Source: a bacterium (GTDB lineage Bacteria > Bacteroidota > Ignavibacteria > UBA10030). Taken from it: a DNA stretch of 64,000 bases. The notes below the pieces were generated by a model. It was given only the letters and a program-made list of their open reading frames with translations. It had not been told where the DNA came from and did no database searches. The stretch is from contig JAZDJN010000012.1 in assembly GCA_043803945.1 (NCBI GenBank), positions 58,800 to 122,799 on the forward strand, given 5' to 3'. Positions 20,115-29,927 of the stretch are shown in pieces (positions within the stretch are counted from its first letter, which is position 1; every line of letters begins with the position of its first letter). The translations under genes and the position numbers were made by a program.

Positions 20115-20857
20115 GCACATCGCGATCCATAAAGTTCGGTATGCTGGGATTGCTTATGGCGGCCATCGGTCTCATCGCATGGGCAAATACCTGGCGAACC
20201 AGCCTGAAGGTAAAGCGAATAACAATTGAAGGGGCGCGGATCGTCGGCAACCAGGAGATCATCAAGCTCGCTCACATCGACCGGAGCATGCAATTACAGG
20301 ATATCGATCTGACAGTCGTACGGAAAAATATTCTCACGCATCACTTCATCAAAGAGGCGGTTGTTCAGCGTGATCTACCCGCAACGTTGATAGTGAGTAT
20401 TACTGAGCGGGTCCCGCTGGCAATTATCAATGCCGGTGAATTGCTCTACCTCGATGAGGAGGGCGTAGTGTTACCGCATTCTATTTCAAAACACATTTTT
20501 GATTTGCCGGTGTTGAGCGGCATCCCGGACAATTTAGCCGTTGCACCGGGAAAGACAGTAAAGACTGATGATCTTCTGGAGGCGCTCCACATTCTTGCAA
20601 CATGCAAGCTGGTGAATAAAGAGCTATACCATATGATTTCAGAAGTACACCTGCGCGACGGCGGCGACATCGTTCTCTATACAGCCGATCGTGGAGTGCC
20701 GATTATCTTCGGTCGCGGAGAAGTTGTCGACAAGTTGGTTCGGCTTGAATCATTCTGGAACAGTGTGGTGCTGACGCAGGGTTCGGAGAATTTAGAATAT
20801 GTCGATCTGCGCTACGCCGACCAGGTTGTCGTTCGTTGGAGAGGAAAACAAGGATAA
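20111..20857 (+). CDS. ftsQ: Cell division protein FtsQ
   Basis: N-terminal TM, POTRA domain, ERVP, YVDLRYADQVV; lies directly upstream of ftsA. Confidence 0.9.
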   Translation: MSTSRSIKFGMLGLLMAAIGLIAWANTWRTSLKVKRITIEGARIVGNQEIIKLAHIDRSMQLQDIDLTVVRKNILTHHFIKEAVVQRDLPATLIVSITERVPLAIINAGELLYLDEEGVVLPHSISKHIFDLPVLSGIPDNLAVAPGKTVKTDDLLEALHILATCKLVNKELYHMISEVHLRDGGDIVLYTADRGVPIIFGRGEVVDKLVRLESFWNSVVLTQGSENLEYVDLRYADQVVVRWRGKQG

Positions 20858-20926
20858 GAGCAGGCCATTACCTGGGCAAATGGACTGCACTCAGATGAGA
20901 TAATTAACCCAGGAGAGAGATAAATC

Positions 20927-22177
20927 ATGGTAAATAATATTGCTGTTGGTCTCGATATAGGAACCACCAAAGTATGCGCCATCGTCGCATCACCCGATGA
21001 GACCCATCCGGGCAAATTGAGTATTCTCGGTATCGGGAAGAGCGTTTCGGACGGACTCACCCGTGGTGTGGTCACCAACATCGATAAGACTGTCCGCTCA
21101 ATACAGATTGCAGTTGATGAAGCGCAGAAACAATCGGGTGTGAAAATTACCTCCGTCTCGGTTGGTATTGCCGGGGATCATATTCAGAGCTTTCAGAGCC
21201 GCGGCGTCGTCGCTATCAGCAGGCCGGAGAACGAGATTACCCAGGAAGACGTCGATCGGTTGATCGAGGACACGAAACGGGTTGCTCTTCCCTCCGATAG
21301 AAAAATTATTCATGTCATTCCACAACAATTCATCGTGGATGGACAGGAAGGAATTTACGATCCGGTGGGAATTTCCGGAGTGAGAATGGAGGCAGTTGTT
21401 CACATCATTACGGGATTGGTGACAGCTGCACAGAATATTTACAAGTGTGTCCAACGGGCCGGCTTGCATGTGAACGACATGGTGCTCGAGCCGCTGGCTT
21501 CCAGTTATGCCGTATTGGATGATGAGGAGAAAGAAATCGGTGTCGCTCTGCTCGACATCGGCGGAGGAACAACGGATCTTGCGGTCTTCGAGGAACGCAC
21601 CATCCGGCACACAGCGGTCATCGGCATCGCCGGTAAAAAGGTGACGGATGATATCCGAAAAGGGCTCGGTATTCTGACGGATCAGGCAGAGCGGATTAAA
21701 CAGGAACATGGTTTTACTTACATGCCCGCCCTGATGCATAATGAACTGATTATTCTTCCCGGCATTGGCGGGCGTGCTCCTCTCGAAATCGACAAGCGGC
21801 TGCTCTGCCAGATTATTCAACCCCGCATGGAAGAAATTTTGGAAATCGCTTCCATGGAAATTAAGCGATCCGGGTACTCCAAACATCTTTCGGCAGGCGT
21901 TGTCCTGACCGGAGGCGGTTCGCTTATTAAAGGCACGGCCGATCTGGCAAAGGAGGTCCTGGGAATGCCGGTGAAAATTGGTATTCCATCGGGATTCGGT
22001 GCCGGGCTGATTCACGAAATCGAAAATCCCATCTATGCCACAGGGGTGGGTCTCGTGATGCACGAACTGCGGCACAAAGAGCGCTCTTCCATCACCTCTG
22101 CAATGCCGGAATCCAAAGGACGCGGTTCTGTGAAGAGCATCTTTAACAGAATGAGGACATGGTTTGACGAGTTGTAG
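20927..22177 (+). CDS. ftsA: Cell division protein FtsA
   Basis: GLDIGTTKV, LDIGGGTTD, GVVLTGGGS, YATGVGL. Confidence 0.97.
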   Translation: MVNNIAVGLDIGTTKVCAIVASPDETHPGKLSILGIGKSVSDGLTRGVVTNIDKTVRSIQIAVDEAQKQSGVKITSVSVGIAGDHIQSFQSRGVVAISRPENEITQEDVDRLIEDTKRVALPSDRKIIHVIPQQFIVDGQEGIYDPVGISGVRMEAVVHIITGLVTAAQNIYKCVQRAGLHVNDMVLEPLASSYAVLDDEEKEIGVALLDIGGGTTDLAVFEERTIRHTAVIGIAGKKVTDDIRKGLGILTDQAERIKQEHGFTYMPALMHNELIILPGIGGRAPLEIDKRLLCQIIQPRMEEILEIASMEIKRSGYSKHLSAGVVLTGGGSLIKGTADLAKEVLGMPVKIGIPSGFGAGLIHEIENPIYATGVGLVMHELRHKERSSITSAMPESKGRGSVKSIFNRMRTWFDEL

Positions 22178-22228
22178 AAGCAGGAAGTATAAAGTATGAC
22201 GTAAAAAGTAGTAAGCAGGGAATAGAAA
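22176..22228. repeat. Degenerate 7-nt tandem array (AxxAAGT) upstream of the four-helix-bundle remnant
   Basis: aggaagt ataaagt atgacgt aaaaagt agtaagc agggaat; a complementary-sense array (tatactt aatactt gatacct) lies at about 22402-22422. Confidence 0.6.
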
Positions 22229-22241
22229 GAGTTGGAAGAGC

Positions 22242-22386
22242 ATGCATGATTTTAGGAAACTGGAAGTGTATAAGCGAGCATTGAAATTTACTACGGTAAT
22301 ACGGAAGCTTACACTTCGTTTTCCAAAAGATGAACTTTGAAATTATCTCTATGCTCATTGGATTACAAAAGAGTTTATTTAAGTAG
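22242..22386 (+). pseudogene. Collapsed four-helix-bundle (23S rRNA IVS protein / bAvd-like) gene
   Basis: Frame 1 reads MHDFRKLEVYKRALKFTTVIRKLTLRFPKDEL* (family N-terminus). It is joined out of frame to EIISMLIGLQKSLFK* (family-like C-terminus), with the middle deleted. Confidence 0.75.
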
Positions 22387-22486
22387 ACCTCAAATCTATA
22401 TTATACTTAATACTTGATACCTAAAAATTATTTCATACAAAATTAATTCTCACAACAACAACTCACTAACTAAAGGAGCCTGCACC

Positions 22487-23659
22487 GTGATAGAACTTGA
22501 CACGATGGGGGATCGCGGAGCAAAAATTAAAGTCGTCGGCGTTGGCGGCGGTGGCGGTAATGCCGTGAACAGCATGATCGACAAAGGACTCGTTGGCGTT
22601 GATTTTATCGCCATTAACACAGATCTCCAGGCGCTGGAGAGAAATAAATCGCAGCATAAAATTCAAATCGGCAAGAGCCTCACGCGAGGTCTTGGCGCCG
22701 GAGCCGACCCATCGGTTGGCGTCCGTGCAGTCGAGGAAAACCGGGAGGACATTGCGCGCTCCATTGCGGGAAGCGATATGGTATTCATCACTGCCGGCAT
22801 GGGCGGAGGTACAGGAACGGGCGGCGGGCCGATTGTAGCCAGTATCGCTAAAAGCGTCGGTGCGCTGGTCGTCGGTATTATTACCCGACCTTTCAACAGC
22901 GAAGGGAAGAAGCGATTGGCGCAGGCAGACGGAGGCATTGAGGAGATGAAAAAGCAGGTTGATACCCTGATCGTCATCCCGAACCAGAAGCTGTTGGAAA
23001 TAATCGACCGCAGTACACCGCTGATGGATGCCTTTGATATCGCCAACCAGGTGCTCTATAATGCGACACGGGGCATCTCGGAGCTGATCACGGTGCCTGG
23101 CTTCATCAATGTTGATTTTGCCGATGTCCGAACCATCATGCGCGAAATGGGCGATGCCTTGATGGGTTCCGGTGTTGCCAAAGGCGAAAACCGAGCCGTA
23201 GAAGCCGCAAACATGGCGATCTCGAGTCCGTTGCTCGATGGAATCTCGATTACCGGAGCACAGGGTATTCTCGTCAACGTCACCGGTGGAAAGAACATGA
23301 CGTTGATGGAAGTCGATGAAGCCACAAGTATCATCCATGAGGCGGCTGGCGACGATGCCAATGTTATTCTCGGCACTGTCGTCGACGAGAGTTTCACCGA
23401 TGAATTGATGGTCACAGTGATTGCAACCGGCTTTAACAAGAAAGCAGCCGCGGTGAAACAGCCGCTAAAACCGGCAGCAAAACTGATCGATCGTATTCCA
23501 ACGGGACCGGCAGATCTGCAGAAGTTTGACGAGCCGACATTTTTGCGTCGCGGCATCAGCATCTCACCGACGATGCAGCGGGATATGGCACATGCGGATG
23601 ACAAGAGTGATAAAGTTGATCCGGATAAGCCAGCCTTCCTGCGGAAAATTATGGATTAA
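22487..23659 (+). CDS. ftsZ: Cell division protein FtsZ
   Basis: [19 protein letters not shown] tubulin signature, NVDFAD, C-terminal PAFLRK. Confidence 0.99.
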   Translation: MIELDTMGDRGAKIKVVGVGGGGGNAVNSMIDKGLVGVDFIAINTDLQALERNKSQHKIQIGKSLTRGLGAGADPSVGVRAVEENREDIARSIAGSDMVFITAGMGGGTGTGGGPIVASIAKSVGALVVGIITRPFNSEGKKRLAQADGGIEEMKKQVDTLIVIPNQKLLEIIDRSTPLMDAFDIANQVLYNATRGISELITVPGFINVDFADVRTIMREMGDALMGSGVAKGENRAVEAANMAISSPLLDGISITGAQGILVNVTGGKNMTLMEVDEATSIIHEAAGDDANVILGTVVDESFTDELMVTVIATGFNKKAAAVKQPLKPAAKLIDRIPTGPADLQKFDEPTFLRRGISISPTMQRDMAHADDKSDKVDPDKPAFLRKIMD

Positions 23660-23914
23660 GACTGCTTCTGAGGGCAGGGCCACCAGTCTACCCCGATGAA
23701 CGCAAGGTCATCCGTGCGAGTTTTGCATTAAATAAATTATACTCCGGTAGAACTTCGTTTCTATCGGGCCATTATCATTATTGACTACCTTGGCCGGTAC
23801 ACACTGAGGAGGTGCAGTATATCCAGGTAGTATTTCGAAAGTAGAATTCCGGATTTCCCCACACACCCACACAAGAAAGCCGGAGTTCTCGCCTGCCTTA
23901 ACAGGCACACCGAC
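23659..23914 (+). ncRNA. Candidate structured 3' RNA downstream of ftsZ
   Basis: Successive stems at 23659-23689, 23695-23712 (GCAA loop), 23744-23767, 23784-23831 and 23843-23889 (C/A-rich loop); no credible ORF; ends at a strong terminator. Confidence 0.35.
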
Positions 23915-23948
23915 GAGGCGACGATGCAAATCGTCGCCTCCCTTTTTA
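23915..23948 (+). terminator. Intrinsic terminator of the dcw operon
   Basis: GAGGCGACGAT-GCAA-ATCGTCGCCTC followed by CCTTTTT. Confidence 0.85.
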
Positions 23949-24059
23949 TATACTCACCGAAAAACATGCCAAGAACGGAATAGTTATTCACTGACGTTAC
24001 GCAGGAAGAAGAATCTGTATGATTGGAGCGATTAATCTTGTTTTTGACCTCTCCTTTTT

Positions 24060-24080
24060 CCCCTCCTTGACAAGGAGGGG
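24060..24080. repeat. REP-like palindrome CCCCTCCTTG-A-CAAGGAGGGG
   Basis: Perfect 10-bp inverted repeat followed by a G-rich tail. Confidence 0.5.
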
Positions 24081-24300
24081 ATATGGGGTGGTTTGGGGTT
24101 TACTAATAAGAACACAGATTGATTGATGATTTTTCTTTTTTGCGTAACGTGAGTTATTCACTTATTAATATCGCAGAGCGAAGTGTTACCATGCTTTGCA
24201 CAAGAAAAGCCAATGGAACAGAGGTGAGGGAATAGTAGGACATACTATTGAAATACATCTGATAAAAACTTTTTTGACAGCCCCACATGTGAGATTTGAT

Positions 24301-26115
24301 TTATTTATCGCGGCCCGCTAATTTTTGTTTTTCTCGAATGTCAAATGCCAATCGAACGGCAGGGAGAATAGCCGTTGCAAGAACCATGGTAAGCACCAAC
24401 GATGCTGCATCGGTTACGATATCATTAACTTGAAATAACCACGCATTAAAATAGAGAGCGCTAATGGTGATTATCATCAACATCAACAATGAAAATCTTA
24501 CAGGAAAGGCTTTTGTGAGAAACATACTTGTCAGAAGAAAGATAATCGATAATGGTAGATGTAACCAAGGGGCTTCTACAAGAAATCTCTTTCCAAGAAT
24601 ATTAGCAAGAGCGTCTGCGTGAATACTCATGCTTGAACTACTCTCGCCATATGTCCAAGATTCAGGATTACTCCATACAATAAACACGACCTTTCCTTTA
24701 AAATCGTTTAGATATCTATCGCCAAGCTGGCTTAGTTTCCGGCTGAACATGTCGATTGTTATCGTACTGTAAATTGAATATCCAATCAATTGGTGTCGAT
24801 GGGGAAATCGAACATCTCCATCATCGGTGCTAAAAGCATGGATTTCGGAATCTTGCCAGTTTGCTCCTTGCTTAATGAGAAAACCAGCGTGTCGGCTTAG
24901 GGGTATTAAGTCATTACCGTATTGAATGCCATCCATCGTTTGCACGGTCTGTAAATCTGCAGGATATCCCCGGAATTTTTCAATGAGGTGCAATATTGCA
25001 TAATCAGAATGAGGGTTGTCTGTTTCAAAGAACATATGAGTGAATCCCGATCCTCTTATTGCCGGCGAAAATGTTCGGGAAAAAAGCGCGCTCTTGAAAA
25101 ACAGAGAATCAGGTTCTACGTATTGATTCCGACGAGAATATGGAAGCGATGATACTCCTAAAACGGCAATATCCTGGTCCTCAAATTTTCTTCCATAGTC
25201 AATCATTACCTTGCTATTTGCATATAAAGCATATCGATAATCCACAAACACGGCTTTTGTTCCAACCTCTTTTAGGTTTTTCACGATGGCAAGGCAGCAG
25301 GAGAGATAATTCTGTACATCGCCATCCTTTGTCTCAAGCCGCAGAACTGTAACCACGGGCGCATCGGCCGCTTTGTTTCTTTTCCCTCCAATATTCATTT
25401 GAACGATAACATTATCCAATTCTCGAAAGACTCCTAACGTGTTCAAGAACTCGACAAAAATGAGAATGCCGAGAGAGCAAAGAAATAATCGTACAGTGAG
25501 ACTTCCTACTCTTTTGACAAGTCGTTCTCCTATCCACTCTCTCCATTCCTTCAAGCCCCAAAGAAACAACACTTGAATAAACATCGGATATCGAATCCGG
25601 GAAAAGAAGCGGAGAAGAATCCCACGGATTAAGAATAACCATAATAGTACGGCAATAACACCATACATCGCTGGCTCAAACAATATTGGAATAGGGATAT
25701 TAATCCAATAGTGAATTGTAAAGACCCTTATGATATGATGTCGTAAAAATTTTATTGCGAAAATGAAACAACAAACGGCAATACAAACATGTCCCGCCAC
25801 CTCCCTCCATGAGAGTTGTGTATCATCCTTCCGGTGTAAAAACTGAATGATGCGTTTAGAAGAAGCGGTGAAACCAACAGTTTTCCTGATCAAATTGAGT
25901 AGAAATTGTACTAAGTGCAGGAAGCCCATGAACATGAGCACTCCAGCCACGACATTTTGAGCTGCGTTGGTCTTCAGGAAGCTTACCGATCTCATCTGAT
26001 AAATATATCGTGAGACATGGTCTGTTGTTAATTCAATCGCTACTTCTGTGAAAAATATTGCCAGCAACAGCAGCCAAAGCATTGGTAGGAGTTTTAATTC
26101 TTTTTGCTTCTTCAT
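24301..26115 (-). CDS. CHASE2-like membrane sensor without output domain (module 1)
   Basis: Several N-terminal TMs; IVKNLKEVGTKAVFVDY, FKGKVVFI and IHADALANIL; then 3 TMs and a ~15-aa tail. Start set at MKKQKEL. Confidence 0.7.
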   Translation of the reverse strand: MKKQKELKLLPMLWLLLLAIFFTEVAIELTTDHVSRYIYQMRSVSFLKTNAAQNVVAGVLMFMGFLHLVQFLLNLIRKTVGFTASSKRIIQFLHRKDDTQLSWREVAGHVCIAVCCFIFAIKFLRHHIIRVFTIHYWINIPIPILFEPAMYGVIAVLLWLFLIRGILLRFFSRIRYPMFIQVLFLWGLKEWREWIGERLVKRVGSLTVRLFLCSLGILIFVEFLNTLGVFRELDNVIVQMNIGGKRNKAADAPVVTVLRLETKDGDVQNYLSCCLAIVKNLKEVGTKAVFVDYRYALYANSKVMIDYGRKFEDQDIAVLGVSSLPYSRRNQYVEPDSLFFKSALFSRTFSPAIRGSGFTHMFFETDNPHSDYAILHLIEKFRGYPADLQTVQTMDGIQYGNDLIPLSRHAGFLIKQGANWQDSEIHAFSTDDGDVRFPHRHQLIGYSIYSTITIDMFSRKLSQLGDRYLNDFKGKVVFIVWSNPESWTYGESSSSMSIHADALANILGKRFLVEAPWLHLPLSIIFLLTSMFLTKAFPVRFSLLMLMIITISALYFNAWLFQVNDIVTDAASLVLTMVLATAILPAVRLAFDIREKQKLAGRDK

Positions 26116-26210
26116 CTGAATCTCTTTCCTGACAATCATAGTATTTCTGCAGTGCAAACGTCGGCGTTGAAGGAAGTATAATTCTCTTCGTACGTTTATA
26201 GCCTCTCCAT

Positions 26211-26570
26211 TTACCCACTTCCAAACGAAACCACCGCAGCGACGAAGATAAACCCGAAACACAACATCGACAGAAACAGGAGCAACGATGGTAAAGGAAT
26301 AGATACCTCACGTTGGACGAGACGAGCAGATAGAAACCGATCAGAGATTGTCATGTTGCGTACTTTGGGGTTCGGTGGAACAGCTTCGCGCCTCGGCATC
26401 GGAATTGGGAGTTTCTCAAACATGGGTTGAGTATGCCAAAGCATATAAAAAAACTCTCTGCATTCTTTGCATACCCCTAAATGTGAAAAGACCTCGGTCG
26501 ATGCCTGTCGATCCAATTCATGATCGATAAATTTACTGACGAGGAATTGTATATCATCGCATCCCATCAT
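26211..26570 (-). CDS. zf-HC2 (ZAS) anti-sigma factor, single TM (module 1)
   Basis: SKFIDHEL...HLGVCKEC (HxxxCxxC); TAATG overlap with the sigma stop. Confidence 0.85.
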   Translation of the reverse strand: MMGCDDIQFLVSKFIDHELDRQASTEVFSHLGVCKECREFFYMLWHTQPMFEKLPIPMPRREAVPPNPKVRNMTISDRFLSARLVQREVSIPLPSLLLFLSMLCFGFIFVAAVVSFGSG

Positions 26571-27127
26571 TATCTCCTTTCACGATAATACGGCATAAGC
26601 TTCTTAGCGAGAGACTTCCGCGCCTTGAACAATCTTGATTCTACTGCGCTGATTGTGTCGCCGGTAATTGCTGCAATCTGTGAATACGACAGTTTTTCTA
26701 TCTGTCGAAGAACAAGAACCTCCCGGTATTCCACCTTAAGCTCTTCCAGGCAGAGATGCAGGATCTCTGACATTTCTTTCTTTACCATCACTTCATACGG
26801 TGTCTCAGTGTCAACGAGATGCTCTTCTTCCTCCGTTAACGAAGCTTTTCCATTGTGACGATGAGATTTCAGATGGGTATAGATGCTGTTTCGGGCGATT
26901 GAGAAGAGCCAATAATAAAACAACTCGGGTTTATCAAGCGAGCCCAGGTTGTGATATACTTTGAGGAATGTCGATTGCACCATATCCTCTGCTTCGTCTT
27001 GATCCTGGAGCAGACGATAGCAATACCCATACAATTGCTGACGATATTTGGTATAGAGCTGCGTGAATGACTCTTTATTCCCTGCACAAAATCTAGACAC
27101 TAACTCTTCATCGTTATAGAGCTGCAT
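26570..27127 (-). CDS. ECF RNA polymerase sigma factor (module 1)
   Basis: AEDMVQSTF, WLFSIARN, YREVLVLR, LSYSQIA, VESRLFKAR. Confidence 0.93.
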   Translation of the reverse strand: MQLYNDEELVSRFCAGNKESFTQLYTKYRQQLYGYCYRLLQDQDEAEDMVQSTFLKVYHNLGSLDKPELFYYWLFSIARNSIYTHLKSHRHNGKASLTEEEEHLVDTETPYEVMVKKEMSEILHLCLEELKVEYREVLVLRQIEKLSYSQIAAITGDTISAVESRLFKARKSLAKKLMPYYRERR

Positions 27128-27179
27128 CTCATTCCACCATCAGGGTGAGAGAATGTTCTGAATTGGTGTTCAAATATAA

Positions 27180-27206
27180 GACTTAAGAAATGAGAAAAAC
27201 TTGCTG
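27180..27206 (-). promoter_or_regulatory. Putative ECF autoregulatory promoter CAGCAAG-N16-AGTC (module 1)
   Basis: Same spacing and T-rich spacer as the motifs upstream of the other three sigma genes. Confidence 0.55.
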
Positions 27207-27359
27207 GATGTTTTTAGGAAAAATAATTATTCGCCGAAATGCTTTCGGTTACTCTCTTTTTTAGCCCCAAATATCGTTCACCATACATTGAATTTAACTC
27301 TGATACACTGTATCTTCTCTCCCGCATGGAAATTCAGCCGAACAGAATAAAATTCACGG

Positions 27360-29051
27360 ATGAATAATAAAATCAGATGTCATCTGCCTTGGGTACACTG
27401 CTGCCTTCTGCTGCTCAGTATTGTTTTCCTTCTGAGTAGTTTCACCTCCACTCACCCACGGCGATCTGACATCGCCCAAATCATCCAGGAGCTCCTCAAC
27501 AATCCGGAACAGTTCCGAACGGGAACACATCCCATAACGGTATCGGATGTTACCTTTCAATTCTACCGTCAACGTAACTTTGAACCAGCCTGGTGTAATG
27601 AGGATACTGGATCTTCGCTTGTGGACTCGCTCCTGGTTTATCTCAATGGAGCAGCAAACGATGGTTTGAACCCTGCAGACTATCATCCCTCGTTTCTCGA
27701 TTCTTTAAAGAATACTATTCCCTGCAGAGATAGTATAGACACTCGAAATCTTCATCTTGCCGCACTTGATCTTTTTCTCACCGATGCATTTTTTCGGTAT
27801 GCAGTACATCTCGCTTATGGCAAACTTAAGCCCGTATCGTTAGGATTAGTTGTTGAGCTTCCAAAAATAGAATTCGATTTTCCAGGATTGCTCGAATCAG
27901 CATTAGGCTCCTCCTCTCTACACTCCACCCTGGGTGAACTTTCTCCAAAGCACCAGTGGTTTACTGATCTCAACTCTGCCCTACAGCGAGTGAGGAGAAT
28001 GGAGAAGCTGACCGCATCATTGAAGTTCCCACGGACAGAGAGATCAAAAGATTTCCAGGCGTATCTTCAAAAACGCCTCACCATTGAAGGCGATTTAGAG
28101 GAAACCGACACAAACCGGTCTCCCCGCCCTCAGGCAGTACTGACGGCTGCCCTTCGAAGCTTTCAGTTACGCCATGGCCTTGAGCCAACCGGAAAGACCG
28201 ACAGCACCACCATCGCAGCACTCCGTATTCCCTATTCAACGAGGATCAAGCAAATTCGTGCGACGATGGAGCGATGGCGTTGGTTTCCTGCTGAATTAGG
28301 CGATCGATGTCTTCTGGTGAATATTCCCGATTTTTCCGTCTCTCTGATTGAGGACCAACAGGTTGTGGCAACACGCAGAGTCGCACTCGGTACTCCCGAG
28401 TGGCCGACACCGTTGATCAGCACAACCCTGACACACGTGGCTATCAATGCCTACTGGTATTGCCCATCATCAATTTTTAATAGACAACTCTTTGACTATG
28501 TTCGCGGCGACTCAAATTATCTGCCTCGCAACAAGATGGTGCTTTTGAGGCAACGCAACGGAACGGTAGAAGTCGTCGATCGGAAATCCATTGACTGGAA
28601 ATCTATTCGGAAGGAAGAGCTTGATGTTGTTCTTCGGCAGGATCCGGGGCCTGAAAATATCATGGGCCAATTACAAATCCGGCTTAACTCAAAGCTTGAT
28701 ATCTATCTGCATGACACTCCGTACCAGGATGATTTTTCAAAGCGCTTGCGTCTATTCAGTCATGGCTGCATCAGGGTTGAACGGCCTGCCGAGCTGGCAG
28801 AATTTGTTTTACAGGATCCGGAACGATGGAACAGGGAAACCATTGAGCATCTCATGAAAAACTTGAAGAGCCGGACAATACAAATTGAGGGAGATTTTCC
28901 TGTTCATATCGTCTATGCAACTGTTTGGGTGGATGCGGCCGGAAAACTTCAATTTCGCGATGATGTCTACGGGTGGGATCGACGGATGGATCGTGCAGGA
29001 GCGCCCCGGACACAAGTCTCAAAGCACTTTTCACGGTTACAATCGCAATAG
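27360..29051 (+). CDS. L,D-transpeptidase (YcbB/LdtD-like) with scaffold and PG-binding domains
   Basis: GLNPADY, FQLRHGLEPTG, NIPDF, RQDPGPENIMG, YLHDTP, SHGCIRV. Confidence 0.9.
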   Translation: MNNKIRCHLPWVHCCLLLLSIVFLLSSFTSTHPRRSDIAQIIQELLNNPEQFRTGTHPITVSDVTFQFYRQRNFEPAWCNEDTGSSLVDSLLVYLNGAANDGLNPADYHPSFLDSLKNTIPCRDSIDTRNLHLAALDLFLTDAFFRYAVHLAYGKLKPVSLGLVVELPKIEFDFPGLLESALGSSSLHSTLGELSPKHQWFTDLNSALQRVRRMEKLTASLKFPRTERSKDFQAYLQKRLTIEGDLEETDTNRSPRPQAVLTAALRSFQLRHGLEPTGKTDSTTIAALRIPYSTRIKQIRATMERWRWFPAELGDRCLLVNIPDFSVSLIEDQQVVATRRVALGTPEWPTPLISTTLTHVAINAYWYCPSSIFNRQLFDYVRGDSNYLPRNKMVLLRQRNGTVEVVDRKSIDWKSIRKEELDVVLRQDPGPENIMGQLQIRLNSKLDIYLHDTPYQDDFSKRLRLFSHGCIRVERPAELAEFVLQDPERWNRETIEHLMKNLKSRTIQIEGDFPVHIVYATVWVDAAGKLQFRDDVYGWDRRMDRAGAPRTQVSKHFSRLQSQ

Positions 29052-29074
29052 CAGTTAACCGTTCGCTATTACAA

Positions 29075-29124
29075 AGAAGTCTGTCTTTTTACAGAGATTA
29101 ATCAGCGGCAAAAGACGGACTTCT
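29075..29124. repeat. Inverted repeat between convergent genes (REPIN-like or bidirectional terminator)
   Basis: AGAAGTCTGTCTTTT ... AAAAGACGGACTTCT. Confidence 0.55.
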
Positions 29125-29169
29125 ACACACCCTGGTAGCAAACGGTTAGGTACGACGGCAGTTCAAATA

Positions 29170-29907
29170 CTATTTTTTCTTCTTCTTATCTGCATCGAGT
29201 TTAAATTTGAACGGCACCGTGACCCACGACGCTAACGGTTTATTATCCTTCATGGCAGGCTTGAATTTCCACTTTGCGACAGCGGCTACCGCTGCTTCTC
29301 CGAAATCCCCACGATCTGTCTTGACCAATCTTACCTGAACGGCATCGCCCGATTCATCAACAAGCACCTGCACAACGGCCTCACCCTCAGCCCCCTCTTT
29401 CTTTGCCTGTTCAGGATACACTGCAGGGACACTGTACAGAATCTCAACTTGTTTGTCTACGTTAATTGTTTTTACAGGTTTTACGTTAGAGCTTATTCCT
29501 TTGGCAGACGGTGCTTGAAACTTTGCATCATCTTTAGCCAATCGAAATTTAAATGGGATGGTAACCCACACGGCAACAGGTTTGCCTGCGATTTTAGCCG
29601 GGGAAAATTGATATTTTTTTGCAGCTTCCATAGCTGGTTTATCAAATATTTCGTCCTCACTCTTCACAATTGACACATCGGCGACATTGCCTTTTTCATC
29701 CACCCACATTTTCAGATGCACGGTTCCCTCTTTCCCTGCCCTTACAGCAAGGTCAGGATAATACGGTCTTTCTTCATGAAGGATAGTGGGATTGGTGGTC
29801 ACTTCTACGTAAACAGGCGGGGGTGGGTTCTTCTTTCCCTGTGCCCACATCAGTACAGGAAACAAGAGAACTGCCACGATGACGAGAATGCAAGTATTCT
29901 TTCTCAT
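29170..29907 (-). CDS. Secreted protein with two tandem TonB C-terminal domains (module 2)
   Basis: Signal peptide ending WAQ; two YP..A...G.EG...V...VDE.G...AA..A....F.PA....KP...WVT.PFKF repeats; AGGAG RBS. Confidence 0.85.
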   Translation of the reverse strand: MRKNTCILVIVAVLLFPVLMWAQGKKNPPPPVYVEVTTNPTILHEERPYYPDLAVRAGKEGTVHLKMWVDEKGNVADVSIVKSEDEIFDKPAMEAAKKYQFSPAKIAGKPVAVWVTIPFKFRLAKDDAKFQAPSAKGISSNVKPVKTINVDKQVEILYSVPAVYPEQAKKEGAEGEAVVQVLVDESGDAVQVRLVKTDRGDFGEAAVAAVAKWKFKPAMKDNKPLASWVTVPFKFKLDADKKKKK

Positions 29908-29927
29908 TGTATTTCTCCTTATTGAAT

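Noticed and set aside
22242-22386. bAvd-like remnant as evidence of a diversity-generating retroelement
   Set aside because: No RT or TR/VR pair is nearby, and stand-alone four-helix-bundle genes are common.
19206-23338. Long antisense ORFs (19206-20120, 21098-22243, 22466-23338) opposite murB, ftsA and ftsZ
   Set aside because: Shadow frames of highly conserved genes, with no motifs or RBS.
23659-23948. 6S, SRP, RNase P or tmRNA identity for the post-ftsZ structure
   Set aside because: None of their conserved sequence signatures was found; kept only as an unnamed candidate RNA.
26116-26311. N-terminal extension of the module 1 CHASE2-like ORF to 26262 and the alternative ORF 26033-26311 (possible frameshifted anti-sigma tail)
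   Set aside because: They overlap the anti-sigma gene, a better RBS and ATG exist at 26115, and there is no direct evidence of a frameshift.
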